DNA from: Octopus vulgaris
Lineage: Eukaryota
Direction of reading: 5' to 3'
Assembly: GCA_951406725.2 (NCBI GenBank)
Contig: OX597817.1
Span: 33,170,001-33,234,000, forward strand
DNA length: 64,000 nt
This document shows, in pieces, positions 50,047 through 63,741 of the stretch. Numbering within the stretch: position 1 is the stretch's first letter; every line of letters begins with the position of its first letter. The translations under genes were made by a program, and so were the position numbers. The notes beneath the pieces were generated by a model, which was not told the origin of the DNA, made no database searches, and was given only the letters and a program-made list of their open reading frames with translations.

Positions 50047-50400
50047 TTAAATCTTAAAATATTTATTTAACTTGCACATTTCAGCATTTAGTTAACTTTA
50101 AGAACAACACTGTGTATGTAGAATTCTATAAATGACTTCTAATTCAGGCACAAATCGAGCAATTTTGAGTGAAGGAGTTAGTCATTTGCATTTGTCTCAG
50201 TACTTAAAAGCTACTTTATTTTATTAACTCTGAAAGAATGAAAGGCAAAAGTTGACTTCAGCCAGGTTTGAACTCAGAATGCAAAGAGCAAAAACAAACA
50301 TCACAAAGTATATTTTCAATGCTCAAATGATTCTACCTATCCATTGAAAGAATATATTGACTGCAGGCTTATTTACAGAGCATTTTTCTGAGAGTTTTAT

Positions 50401-51102
50401 ATGAGGGTTGACTGAAAAGTTCATAGGCTGACCAAGATGCTCTCATGGAATGTAACCAAATGAGGTTTATTTTTCAACATAGTCTCCCTTGTGGTCTACA
50501 CACTTCTTCCATCATTTGGGCTTGATAACCTTTCATAATTGCCTCAGCACTTTTGATCAGGTCTCAGAAGATATGGTACCCAACTAGCAGAAACCTTTGT
50601 CATGCCAAGTTCATTGTGCAGAATATTCTCAACTCTCTCACAGGATATGCTGATAGCATTGACTATTTGATTTATAGTCAATTTCCTGTGATCCATTACC
50701 ATGTGGTGAACACAACATTTTCCTTTGTGGTGGCAGTTGCAGGTCATCCAGATCTTGGATAATCTTCAAGACTTTTCATTCCCCTCCTAAACTCAGTTGC
50801 CTACTTTATTTGAACGGTTGATAATACTAGAGCAATGTAGCAACCCTGTCAGCATGAATATCCTTGGGGGTCTAAACCCTTTTTATGCAAGTACTTGATA
50901 ACACCATGGTGCCAAATTTTGTCCATTTTCAAGAGAAGTCACTACTAGTTACTTTTGAAGCCTTTTTTGAACAATCAGATGTCAATTTACCCGGAAAGAA
51001 ACAATGCAGTTATTAATAAGAAGAGCTGAAAATAATGCATGATTTCACAGCTCTAGCACCACTCCTTCATAGTCAGCCTATGAACTTTGCAACCCATCTT
51101 TG
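50401..51102 (-). mobile_element. Internally deleted mariner
   Basis: TIR core AAAGTTCATAGGCTGAC / GTCAGCCTATGAACTTT; ORF ILHNELGMTKVSASWVPYLLRPDQK. Confidence 0.85.
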
Positions 51103-51375
51103 TAGAGACCTCAATGTTATAAAAGATGAGTTGATGTATAATGTAAAATCACTTGGAACTCTATTTTACAATGATTATTTCGAAGAATGGTCAGAATCAA
51201 TTATCTCTGAGAATAAACGAAAGCTGGAAGCAATAAATCTCCAGCAATAGTCTGCAATTTTAGATCTATTCTTCCTAAATGTTTTAACTTCTTCTGTCAA
51301 TCATATTTTGTTGAATCATTATTTCCTCTTTATCCATTTTGGGCTTTTTAAAAAAAATATCTCTATCGTGAGATA

Positions 51376-51788
51376 GGCGCAGGAGTGGCTGTGTGGTAAG
51401 TAGCTTGCTAACCAACCACATGGTTCCGGGTTCAGTCCCTCTGCGTGGCATCTTGGGCAAGTGTCTTCTGCTATAGCCCCAGGCTGACCAATGCCTTGTG
51501 AGTGGATTTGGTAGACGGAAACTGAAAGAAGCCCGTCGTATATATGTATAAATATGTATGCGTGTGTGTGTTTGTGTGTCTGTGTTTGTCTCCCTAGCAT
51601 TGCTTGACAACCGATGCTGATGTTTTTACGTCCCCGTTATTTAGCGGTTCGGCAAAAGAGACCGATAGAATAAGTACTGGGCTTGCAAAAAGAATAAGTC
51701 CGGGGTCGATTTGTTTGACTAAAGGCGGTGCTCTAGCATGGCCACAGTCAAATGACTGAAACAAGTAAAAGAGTAAAGAGTAAGAGAG
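51376..51788 (+). mobile_element. SINE family A, full length
   Basis: Head, body and tail. Confidence 0.9.
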
Positions 51789-52044
51789 TGAGCCTCTGGT
51801 ACTCTTCCTCACTAACAAATATTGGCTCTACTCCTAAAATCAACATTATTGTTTTATCTTTTAATAATTTCAGTTATTGAACTGCAGCTAATCTGGGACA
51901 CCACTTAGTACTTATTTTCTTTTTCAAGTTTGTTACTTATTCTATTGGCCTTTTTGGCTGAACCACTAAGTTACAGGTATGTAAAGAAATTACCACTGGT
52001 TATCAAGTGTTGAGGAGACAAACATAAACACATAAGCATGCACA

Positions 52045-52335
52045 TGCATACATACATACATACATACATACATACATACATACATACATACATACATACA
52101 TTCATACACATATACATACATACATACATACGTACGTACATATATTCGTACATACGTACATACATACATACATACATACATACATACATACATACATACG
52201 TACATACATTCATATATACATACATACGTATGTACGTACATACATACATACATACATACATACGTACATACATACATACATACATACATACATACATACA
52301 TACATACATTCATACATACATACATACATACATAT
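52045..52335. repeat. (CATA)n microsatellite
   Basis: Direct reading. Confidence 0.95.
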
Positions 52336-54105
52336 GTTTATGAATTGTTTTGCTAGATTCTTGATGGGAAATTGTGTGTTGGAACAGATTTTGTTATGTT
52401 TCAGGATGGTCATTTTCTTTCCTTGCCAAACGAACACACACAATGCATTGATTGACCCAGGGCCTTATTGCTTAAGGTGTTGTGCAATGAGACAGAATCT
52501 GAGGCCACATGGTTACTAAACTAACTTCTTAACTACACAGCCAGGCCTGCAATTATATTTGTGATTTTCATCTAAAATTTTACAACACATCATCTGTATT
52601 CTGGTTTAATTTATAAAGTCCAGGCAGTATGAAGTTGCAGAGAGATAATAGTAGTTCAGAATAAATGATATTTTTCAATAAGGTTATGGCTGTGTGGTTA
52701 AGAAGATTGCTTTGTAACCACGTGGTTTCAAGTTCGGCCCCTCTGTGCAACACCTTGGGCAAGTATCTTTTCTCTATAGCTCCAGGCCAACTAATGCCTT
52801 GTGAGTGAATTTGCTAAAGGGAAACTGTGTAGAAGCCTATCATATGTATACATGTGTGTGTGTGTCTTTGTGACCGTGTTTGTCCCCACCACCACAACCA
52901 CCACCATAAAATATAAAATAAGTCCTGGGGTGATCTATTCAACTAAAACATTTTAAGACAGTGCTAGAGAATGGTCATAAGACAGTTCTCTAGAATGGTC
53001 ACAATCCAATGACTAAAATAATAAAAGAAAGAAAAGAAGGAGTTATTGCACCTGAGTGGTTTTTGCTACCTTCTTCACATAGACAAGAAATCCAAAATGC
53101 ATCTAGATTGTTTGGTATCTATTTGGAGAAATTAAACGAACGAAGGCAAATATAAGAGAATGCATTTTAAAAATCATCATCATCATTAGCAGCAGCATTT
53201 AATTTCCATTTTCCATGCTGGAATGGGTTTGATGGCTTGATAGGAACTGGCAAGGCCAGGGGCCACACCAAGTTTCATAGTCTGTTTTGGCTTAGTTTCT
53301 ACAGCTTGATGCCCTTCCTAATGCCCACCACCTTACAGAGTGTGCTGGGTACTTTTAACATGGCACCATCACTAGTGCTTTTTACATGGTACCACCACCC
53401 AGGTAGATATAAGAGGTTAAGATGAAATTTTATTGGTGGGGAAATGGCAGAACCCCAGTATTAGATTTACTTTCATGGAATTTATGTCTCTGTCCTATTT
53501 TGCTGCAAGGTTGACTAAAACATATTTATTTATTCACCAACAAATTTACAGTGTCCAAATGCTTGCAAAAGAGTAAATACTGCTAAGGCCACCCAAGGGT
53601 CAAGTGGTAGTGTAAAACCAGGAGATGGTCAAAGTTGGTTCTTTACAATCATTTTCATATGATCATGACCTGAGAATTAACCCAAATCAATCCTATATGA
53701 GATATTGCTGCTGTCACACCCCCACAAGTATGAGAGACAGTATAAAAATGCCCTGAATGATTAACAAATATGCACTCCCTGACTTGACAACTCACAGGTG
53801 TCCCATTTTGTCTATTTCTTCTACCACCGTCACAATGCCACCCACTTCTCTGAACTATCAAGTTTCAAACTACAGCCTACTCTCCTATTATTATCCAGGT
53901 GAAAGCATGGCCAAAGCATAGGTGTGGCTGCATGGCTAAAAAACCTGCTTTTTAACCCAGCAATATAATCTTGGGTTCTACTAAAGCAAAAGACACTTTT
54001 AGCTCTGGGCCAATCAAAACCTGAGTGGATTTGGTTGTCAGAAACTGAGAGCAGCCTATCTCATGCATGCATGCATACATACATACATACATAAATACAC
54101 ACACA

Positions 54106-54164
<59 letters not shown>

Positions 54165-54188
54165 GAGTGAAAAGGAACACAAGAGTTG

Positions 54189-54658
54189 ATATATATGAAA
54201 AAACAAGTCAAGATAGAAAATGCTAAAATAATTTTATAAAGAACATTTCAGTACCGGTTTTGGTCATTTTGAGACCTTTTCAACTGTAACGATTAAATAA
54301 TTAAATTTAGAAAAATTAAAAGAAAAGTTTTTTTAAAGGAATATTTGTATAGTGTTCAAATATAAGTGGCATTTTCCTTGTTTCTGCCTTTCTCTGTCTC
54401 TCTTGTTTGCACTTGTGTGTTCAAACTCTTGGTAGGGTAGAAGAAGAAGAAGGATGATGAGGAGAAGGGGTGGAAAAATTTGGGAGTGCCTTGATTGTTG
54501 TATTTTGAATGGTCAGTGGTGGCTAGCTGTTGCAGTTCAATTCAGGAGAATATTTCTATTGAAAGGTTTGTTTATGGAATTTGCTTAGGTGTTATACTAA
54601 AAAGCATTAGTGATAAAGTTAAGAAGTAGAAGGTGGGGCAGAAGAAGAAGAAGAAGAA

Positions 54659-54721
<63 letters not shown>

Positions 54722-54760
54722 GAAGAAGAAGAAGAAGAAGGAGGAGAAGAGGAAGAAGAA

Positions 54761-54792
<32 letters not shown>

Positions 54793-55171
54793 GCCTTGAT
54801 TGTTGTATTTTGAAAGGTTTGTTTATGGAATTTGCATAGGTGTTGTACTAAAAAGCATTAGTGATAAAGTTAAGAAGTAGAAGGTGGAGCAGAAGAAGAA
54901 GATGATGATGATGATGATGATGACGACGATGTTGATGATGATGAAGAAGAAGAAGAAGAAGAAGAAGAAGAAGAAGAAGAAGAAGAAGAAGAAGAAGAAG
55001 AAGAAGAAGAAGAAGAAGAAGAAGAAGAAGAAGAAGAAGAAGAAGAAGAAGAAGAAGAAGAAGAAGAAGAAGAAGAAGAAGAAGAAGAAGAAGGAGGAGG
55101 AGAAGGAAAACCAGTTCTGAAATGTTCTTTATAAAATTATTTTAGCATTTTCTATCTTGACTTGTTTTTTC

Positions 55172-55179
<8 letters not shown>
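54189..55179. mobile_element. Penelope-like fragment bounded by ~73-bp inverted repeats, containing an HHR-like motif, a tandem duplication and (GAT)/(GAA) tracts
   Basis: Inverted repeat 54189-54261 / 55107-55179; ~100-bp direct repeat at ~54560 and ~54811. Confidence 0.55.
54249..54286 (-). ncRNA. Minimal HHR-like motif with U3-A8 core, G12 mutated
   Basis: Minus strand reads CAG UUGAAAA GGUC-UCAAAAU-GACC AAAAC-CG-GU A / CUG. All three stems pair; palindromic stem III ACCGGU; GUA triplet. Confidence 0.55.
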
Positions 55180-55222
<43 letters not shown>

Positions 55223-55530
55223 GTAAAATTATATATATATATATAAAATTATATATAAAATTATAATTTAGGGTATCTAAGAGATACTACCACACTGGAA
55301 ATAGCAGCCAAAACTTGTTTCTAAAGCCACATTATATGTTCATACAGCACCAGGAGAGAAGACAAAAGGACAAAATAAACTGGCAAAAAATAACTGGATA
55401 ATTCCAGATCCCAGATTTCTGGCTCTGCATAAAAAATGCTTTGCCTTATGAGTGGAATACACACAATAATAATTATTACCTTTGAAGGTTTTTATTCCCA
55501 TGCTGGACACTCTTATCCTTATTTATATAA

Positions 55531-55567
<37 letters not shown>

Positions 55568-55764
55568 GTTCCTGGCTTTGGGTAAAAGAAAATACAAGAG
55601 GATCAGTTAATTAAAATTTTAGCCAACATATTCCCCTCTTAGATTCACACTCTTATTGCAGCAGTCCTTCAGTTTTTTTTAATTCCTGTAAAAGTTGAAA
55701 GGTTGGGCTTTTAACCAGACCTTTTGCGATACCCTTAAAGCCAGGAACTGTTCAGCACCCTATC

Positions 55765-55829
<65 letters not shown>

Positions 55830-55889
55830 ATGTATATATATGTGTATGTATATGTGTGTATATATATATGCATATATATATATATATAT

Positions 55890-56303
55890 TTGTTTTGCTA
55901 GATTTTTTATGTGAAATCATGTGTTGAAACAGATATTGTTGTATTTAGGAATGGTCATTTTACCAGTTTAGCCAATAAAAACACATGCACTATATATTTG
56001 GTGTGCTAGTATTCCATTCCAGTTTCCTATTCAGGCTAGGTTTATCTTCTATTATGTGTCTAGCTTCTGTAATTTGTCTGATTGTTGCGTGTGTTCTATG
56101 TGTGGACAAGATTTTAACTTCTATGTTGTTGATTGAGCCCCCGTGTTCCTGCTCGGTGTGTTGGTACAGAACTGAGGAGCTCTTTCCTTCCTTAAGTTCT
56201 CTCCAATGTTCGTTTACCCACTCTCCTATGCTCTGTGCCGTTTCAATCAACAACATAGAAGTTAAAATCTTGTTCACACATAGAACAGATGCAACAATCA
56301 GAC
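55890..56303 (-). mobile_element. Penelope-like element: GIY-YIG endonuclease C-terminus, following ORF restart, and 5' inversion
   Basis: 55990-56244 reads ETAQSIGEWVNEHWRELKEGKSSSVLYQHTEQEHGG...VKILSTH..ATIRQITEARHIIEDKPSLNRKLEW; inverted repeat 56076-56136 / 56243-56303; ATG 55958 reads MTIPKYNNICFNT. Confidence 0.8.
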
Positions 56304-56774
56304 ATATATATATATATTGAGTGTATGCATGTATGTATGTGTCTGTGTTTTTGTGTACCCTTGTCAAGATATCACATGGTGGTTGTAAATGAATATCATC
56401 ACCATCATACAAGTGAAGTTGTTGGTTTCCAGTCTTCTGTGGAAACATGGAAACATGTCTAGCTAGCTCCAGGGAAGATGTTGTAAATATTACCTTGCTT
56501 GGAAACAGGTGAGAGCTGGTGACAGGAAGGATGTCCAGCTGTAGATAATATGCCTCAACAAATTTTATCTGATCCATGTGAGGATGGAAGATAGGATGCT
56601 AAATGATAATGATGATAATTATGACCCTGTCTCACTACAAAAAATCCTACATTTTTTTTTTCTATTCTTCCTCCTTAAACTCTCTGGAATTCCCTCTTGG
56701 GCATGTTGACCTTGCAGATATCAAAATTCACAAGTTTAAATCAAAATATTAAATGTGCAGGCACACGCACGCAT

Positions 56775-56840
<66 letters not shown>

Positions 56841-57149
56841 GAGATAGAGAAAAAGAGTGAGATAAAGACAGAGATATAGGGTAAGATATATATACTGGTA
56901 TCTCCTGCATTTCAAAAAATTTGATTAAAGAATTCCAAATGGTTGGAATTTGTAAAGCATTTCTACAAATTTCGGAATATAACTTTAATTCCACTCTGAT
57001 GGAGACTCAAATAAATCTAAATAATTTTAAACGCCAAAATTATGTATTATTTATTTTAGAAATAGCATATATTTGACGAGAATTTTTTGACCAACATTGT
57101 CTTTATGTGATTTCTAATTTTAAGAAATTGTATGCTGAACACCTGTTTC

Positions 57150-58350
57150 AGCGGTGCTTTGAAGTCACCAAAAATACAAATCTAACTCTTCATGAGCTTT
57201 GGAAGGAGCACTACCACATGTAAACTGCCTGAAAATCATCGATATGGCCAGGCAGGGTGTAATGAGGAGAATGTTAAATTCTGCAGGGAAGAAACTGTGG
57301 CCTGACTGCATGTCCAAAAGAGACTCTGAGGGGTTTGAGTTTGAGATACCTGTAGTCGGGGAGATAGTATCTCTTGGCAAGTCTATGAGCATCGAGGTTG
57401 ATGATGGGGACATTAATGATCTAATCATGGAACACTCAGAGGAGATGATGACAGATGGACTCTTGCAGCTTCCGGAGCAGCAGCATTTGAATGCAGTGGA
57501 AGAGATTGGTTCCCTGGAGGAAGACAGTGTAGCAGAGAATTCTATCTCTATGAGTGACATAAAAGCAGTGTTGGCAAGGTGGTAGTATGTTTCTAAGGCG
57601 TATTTTAAGTATTTTAGTATTTCAAGGCGGCGAGCTGGCAGAAACATTAGCACGCCGAGCGAAATGCTTAGCGTTATTTCGTCTGCCGCTACGTTCTGAG
57701 TTCAAATTCCGCTGAGGTCGACTTTGCCTTTCATCCTTTCGGGGTCAATTAAATAAGTACCAGTTATGTACTGGGGTCGATATAAGTGACTTAATCCATT
57801 TGTCTGTCCTTGTTTGTTCTCTCTGTGTTTAGCCCCTTGTGGGTAGTAAAGAAATAGGTAGTATTTTTCTGAATTTGTTGAAAAATATCATCCTGAAAAA
57901 GCAGCTACAGGCCATGCAGCTGCTTTATTTAAAGACACTGCTCTGGTGCATTTTCGTAATATTTTGAAAGGCAGAAAAAAGCAGAATTCTCTTGATTGCT
58001 TCTAATGAAACAACCTAGAAGTATAAATAGTGAAGAAAGTGTGTCCAAAAAGCCTATAAGTGGAGTGAGAGAGAAAACGCCAGAAATTGTTCTTCCTGAA
58101 GTCTTAATAGAAGGAGAATCTCCTTGCAAACAGTAATCCTCCTCCTCCTCCCTGCCCCATCATCTTCCCCACACACAAATCATCTCGTCTTTAAGGTAAT
58201 TCAGTTAATAAAACCAGTTTACATATTTCTTTTGCATTCTCTTTTTTATAATTGTCATTTTACTTGTAACTACACCTTAACTGTTTTAAAACTCATAAAA
58301 AATTATTTTCGAGTGGTTTCTGGGGGCTGGAATGGATTAATTATATTTTA
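57150..58350 (+). mobile_element. Tigger/pogo transposase C-terminal fragment interrupted by family C SINE
   Basis: NCLKIIDMARQGV..MLNSAGKKLWPDC...EIVSLGKSMSIEVDDGDINDLIMEHSEE; 3' GGGGGCTGGAATGGATTAATT. Confidence 0.8.
57624..57856 (+). mobile_element. SINE family C (Nin-domain-like core), full length
   Basis: GCCTTTCATCCTTTCGGGGTC..TTAAATAAGTACCAG core; 14-bp TSD GGTAGTAT(G/T)TTTCT at 57581-57594 and 57857-57870. Confidence 0.85.
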
Positions 58351-58839
58351 GTTAATTTTATTATCACATTAATCATTATCATCATCGTTTAATGTCTGGC
58401 TTCTATGCTAGCATGGGTGGGGCAGTTTCGCAAGAGTCAGCCAGGCAGAAGCTTGCACCAGACTTCTGTGACTGTTTTTGGCAGGATTCTTACAGCTGGA
58501 TGCCATTCCTAACAACAACCACTCAGCAGAGTGGACTTAGTGCTTTTTATGTGGCACAAGCACAGGCGAGGTCAGGTTTGGCAAAGTTTTTACAGCTGGA
58601 TGTTCTTCTGAGCACCTAATACTTTAGAATGTGAACTGGGTGCTTTTAAGTGGCACCTGCACTGATAGGGTCACCAGGTACTTGCAAGACAAAAAAAAAA
58701 CCTTCAATAGTGGGGAGGCATTGGAGGAGGTGATCTTGAGTCAGATAATGAGAGATAGAGAGAAATAGATAGATAGATAAATAGATAAATAGATAGATAG
58801 ATAGATAGAGAGAGAGAGTGAGATAGAGAGAGAGAGAGT

Positions 58840-58917
<78 letters not shown>

Positions 58918-59399
58918 AGGAATGAAGACAGAACCAGGTGTGCTACTGCAAAGGAATAACGTGGTTACCCAACCTGAGGGAAGTGCAGAAGGAGAGACAG
59001 AGTGGGAGACAACAGGATAGAGTTGGTAGCAAAATGCTGGGCATACTCACAAGGGACGGGGATCAGAATATAAACAGAATGGCTGAGTAAAGGAAGAGAG
59101 AAGTACAGATGGTGGCAAGTGCCAGGGCATACTCTTGAGGTTGAAAATTGATTTATAAAATGAGTAAATTGAAAGATGAACTTGGTCATGGAACAAACTA
59201 AACTTGTACTGTGAAGTATCGCTGTATTATTTTCGAGCCCTAAAGTGATTGCATTACTTCTTTACCAGTCAAAATCCGTGAGAATTTTAATTTATCACGA
59301 GGAGGTCAATGTGAAAACATGTGTCATGTTATGAAATTCCATATGTTAAAGCTTTAAGGACTGCAACTTTTTTGTAATGTGGGGTATTGATGTAGGTGG

Positions 59400-59455
59400 A
59401 TAAGTAGCTAGGTAGATAGGTAGGTAAGTTGACAGATAGATAAATAGATAGATAT

Positions 59456-59515
<60 letters not shown>

Positions 59516-59587
59516 CAAGACAGATGGATAGGTAGGCAGGTAGGTAGGTAGATAGGTAGATAGGTAGATAGATAGACAGATAAATAA

Positions 59588-59647
<60 letters not shown>

Positions 59648-59750
59648 AAAGACAGATAGATAGACATACAAACAAACAGACAGACAGACAAACAGACAGA
59701 TAGATAGACAGATAGGTAAGTAAATAGATAGAGAGACAGACAGACAGATA
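59400..59750. repeat. Compound (GATA)n/(GGTA)n/(GACA)n microsatellite
   Basis: Direct reading; another (GATA)n at 27640-27722 and (GA)n at 58805-58915. Confidence 0.9.
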
Positions 59751-59969
59751 GTTCTGAATTGTATCAATTTACAACATACAGAAATCAAAGAAAGTCTCTT
59801 TTTTTGATTTTGTTATTATTTTTTTATGAAGTGTTGCCTTGGTTTCTTCTGCCACTAATCAAGAGTGCTACTGCAATTTTATTTCTGCAATTTTATTTCC
59901 ATCCATTCAATTAGAATCCTAAAAACAAATTTTATAGTCTGGTTATGTTGTTTTTTGACTTCCGTTACA

Positions 59970-60190
59970 GTCACTGCCACAACCATTGCTACCACCGCCA
60001 TCAACACTGCCGCCAACACCGCCACCAACACTGCCACAACCACCGCCGCCACCACCACCACCACCGTTACCACCCCGTCACTACCACCACCACCACTGTC
60101 TCCACCACCACCACCACCACTACCACCACCGTCACCGCCACCACCGTCACCACCACCACCACCGTCACCACCACCGTCACCATGACCACC
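59970..60190. repeat. (CAC)n-like trinucleotide repeat
   Basis: Direct reading. Confidence 0.9.
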
Positions 60191-60807
60191 AATTCAGAAA
60201 AAGGAAAGCTAGAGATTTTGTATTGATTTAAAAAATTTTTTCCAAATCAAACCATTGTTTGGTCTTAGGTTTCACAGGCTATCTGGCTGTAGATTCATTA
60301 ATATATTAAATATACTGTAACCATGTAAAACGGATTTGCAGATGTCTGTAATTCTCCACCGTAGATAGAATCTCATGTAAACAAACTGAAATTGAAATTA
60401 TATCTTTGATGAAGACATATTTAAAAGCTATCACTTCTGACTTAAGTTACGCATGAGGCCAATGCAGTGAAATATTTGCCTGATTCCTTAGCAACAGGCT
60501 TAGGAGGTAGTTTGATGAAACAGCAATAGAACATATTTCATTGGTATTATTCAAGCAGGAATTTACTCAATAAACTATTAGATATTTGCACTTGTAGAAA
60601 CCAAAGATTTTTGGCATTAGCATTCTTTCTTCATGAGGCGTAATTGCCAAATACAATTAGTAAGTTCTATTAAGCTGTTGTTTATGCAACTACCAGCATT
60701 GCCATTAGAGCACAAATTTGTGATATGATGTAAACCCATCTGATGAAATAAGGCTTTGCAATTTGCATCTGTCTATAGATCCACCAGCATCTTCAGTTAT
60801 AATGTAT

Positions 60808-61210
60808 TACTCTTTTACTCTTTACGCTTTTACTTGTTTCAGTCATTTGACTGCAGCCATGCTGGAGCCGGGACTTATTCTTTGTAAGCCCAGTACTTAT
60901 TCTATCGGTCTCTTTTTACCGAACCGCTAAGTGACGGGGACGTAAACACACCAGCATTGATTGTCAAGCAATGCTAGAGGGACAAACACAGACACACAAA
61001 CATACACGCACACACACACATATATATATATATACATACATATATACGATGGGCTTCTTTGCAGTTTCCGTCTACCAAATCCACTCACAAGGCTTTGGTC
61101 GGCCCGAGGCTATAGTAGAAGACACTTGCCCAAGGTGCCACGCAGTGGGACTGAACCCGGAACCATGTGGTTGGTAAGAAAGCTACTTACCACACAGCCA
61201 CTCCTGCGCC
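60808..61210 (-). mobile_element. SINE family A with small internal deletion
   Basis: Reverse complement of head and tail. Confidence 0.88.
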
Positions 61211-61252
61211 TGTATGTTCATGTTTATAAATGATTACAAACTTAAAGGAATT

Positions 61253-61256
<4 letters not shown>

Positions 61257-61296
<40 letters not shown>

Positions 61297-61483
61297 ATTA
61301 TTGTATACAGTGCTCAGGTGCACCACAACTTGTCAAAAGTGCGTATAAAGCATATGCAGTAATGTACAAATGTCTGGAAAGTGAACAGTGTATGAGTCAG
61401 ATACATGCTTGCGTGTGTATGGAGGGGAGAAAATCAGGTGTAGTGTTGGTGAATCTCAGGAAGCATGGAAGTTTTGAAGGATG
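61257..61483 (-). mobile_element. CR1/L2-like LINE 3' end with (ATT)n tail
   Basis: TTATTGTATACAGTGCTCAGGTGCACCACAAC also near 28445 and 42655; minus frame ends SFKTSMLPEIHQHYT*. Confidence 0.55.
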
Positions 61484-62264
61484 AAAGGCAAAGTCGACCT
61501 CAGTGGAATTTGAACTTAGAACGTAAAGACAGACAAAATACTGCTAAGCATTTTGCCCAGTGTGCTAACGATTCTGCCAGCTTGCCGCCTTATATTTAAC
61601 ATACAATTGTAATAACTATGAAATTAGTGCTTTCACTGAATTATTGAGAGAAAACTATAAAACTGGCAGAAATTTGATCTGAGTTAATGAAACGTATCCT
61701 GCGTGTATTTGTATGTATTATGGGATGATGAGGGCATTCTTTAGTTCTATAATAAAAGACAGTCCTGTCAGTGTGACAATGCTAAAATATTTAGGCCAGA
61801 TTTAAATACTTTTCTCCAGTAATTCCTTCACAAAAAATGTATCATATCATGTAGACAGATTAGTATCAACAATCTTTTCTTATTATTATTTTAATACTAT
61901 GCTTAAGAAGGAGGAGCAGTGTCCATAGCCTGGAGGGATATTTTCAGATTGAAGCAGTAACTAGATGAAGTAGAGATATATTGCTTTGAAAGATAATTTG
62001 TGATTTAGTACATGTAGGACATATACATTAACTTTGAACATAGAGAATTCTCAGGTTACTATTAATATTTGAACTCGTATTGATTGATAGATGATGATGG
62101 TATTTTAAACATCTGTTGTGTTCTGTAGTCCATTGAGCAGTTTGATCATTAGAAAGACTCCCTTTTCATGTAGTAATTAAAAGAAGAATGTACTGGGGTT
62201 GCTTTGTAGTGCTTATTTTAGACCTATTTGTGGAGTTCTAAACACAACACCTAACTAATGATAC

Positions 62265-62660
62265 AGGGGTAGCTGTGTGGTAAGAAGCTTGCTTCTCAAC
62301 CACATAGTTCTGGGTTCAGTTCTACTGTGTAGCACCTTGGACAAGTGTCTTCTACTATAGCCTTGGGCTAACCAATGCCTTGTGAGTGGATTTGGTAGAC
62401 AGAAACTGAAAGCAGCCCATTGTATATACGCATACATACATATATATATGCACAGTGGAGGCGCGTGGCTTAGTGGTTAGGATGTCAGCATCATGATCGT
62501 AAGATTGTGGTTTCGATTCCTGGACCGGGCGACGTGTTGTGTTCTTGAGCAAAACACTTCATTTCACTTTGCTCCAGTCCACTCAGCTGGCAAAAATGAG
62601 TAACACTGCGATGGACTGGCATCCCATCCAGCTGGAGAACACATACGCCATAGAAACTAG
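62265..62660 (+). mobile_element. SINE family A head followed by family B-type SINE (62457-62660)
   Basis: Two tRNA-like heads with A/B boxes. Confidence 0.8.
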
Positions 62661-63706
62661 CTTGTACATCGACATGAATTTTGGAAGAGGGGTCTTGCAA
62701 GTCTACCAGATAGATAGAAGAGCATTGTAGAAAATGAAGAAGAGTATATTTTAGATTAAAAATGAACTTTGTTTCTCCTAATTTTGAAAAATAAAAGAAG
62801 CATAAAAAACTGCATTATTTATGGGGTGACCCAAAATATTCATGTATGTTTATATATATATATATATATTTATAAAAAGTGTAGGTGGCTATTATGACCA
62901 ACGGTCACTTTCACGATTACAGCCAACGATTCTAGTCAACGCACAAGACAGCCATTATGCTCCCCACCACAAAACACCTCCATGTGGATTCAGTTGAGAC
63001 TAGTAAGAAACAATTATAAGCTTTTTTATTACACTTAACTTTTAAAAATATTTTTGATAAGGTTCGTTTTTTCAAGAAGATCCGAAATATGTAAAATCTC
63101 TAAGGGACTTGCTCTGCCACCAGACTCCCATTGTAATTCTCTTGTCCTCTAGCATGAAGCTGACCATCATGGCCACCACCCCAGGGCTTGTAGTCTGGCA
63201 AACAACAAGTGAACCTCAGTAGTGCAGGCGGCATGAAAAAAAAAAACCAGTCCATGCTGTAAAGTGGTTGGCATTAGGGAAGGCATCCAGTTATAAATCT
63301 ATGCCAAGGCAGACGTTTGAGCTATCTTTGGACACATGCGATCCTGTTGAATCATCCAGCTCATGCCAGCATGGAACATGGACATTAAATGATGATGATG
63401 ATAAAGATGATGACTGATGATGATATATTTATATATGAAAGAATAGTCTCATTCGTATAATGATGATGGTCATTTGCAGCCATCACGTGATGTACTAAAG
63501 TACACACAAACACATATATGCATACATACATACATACATACATACATACATACATACATACATACATACATACATACATACATACATACATACATACATA
63601 CATAGTTAATCCCAACATGAACAAGGAAAAAAAACAAACCACTTCGTGAGGAATTGGAATAAGTATAGTGTTATGGGACGCTCAGGAAAGGAAAGAACGA
63701 AGGAGG

Positions 63707-63741
63707 ATTTAACGTTTCGAGCTGAGCTCTTTGTCAGAAAT
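63707..63741 (-). ncRNA. Minimal HHR-like motif, G8 mutated, within a Penelope-like fragment (~63605-63890)
   Basis: Minus strand reads AUUU CUGACAA A GAGC-UCA-GCUC GAAAC-GU U / AAAU; palindromic stem III AACGUU. Confidence 0.55.

Noticed and set aside
59865-60231. Proline-, threonine- or histidine-rich ORFs
   Set aside because: Translations of a (CAC)n repeat; the same applies to the poly-M, poly-K, YI, CV and HT ORFs elsewhere
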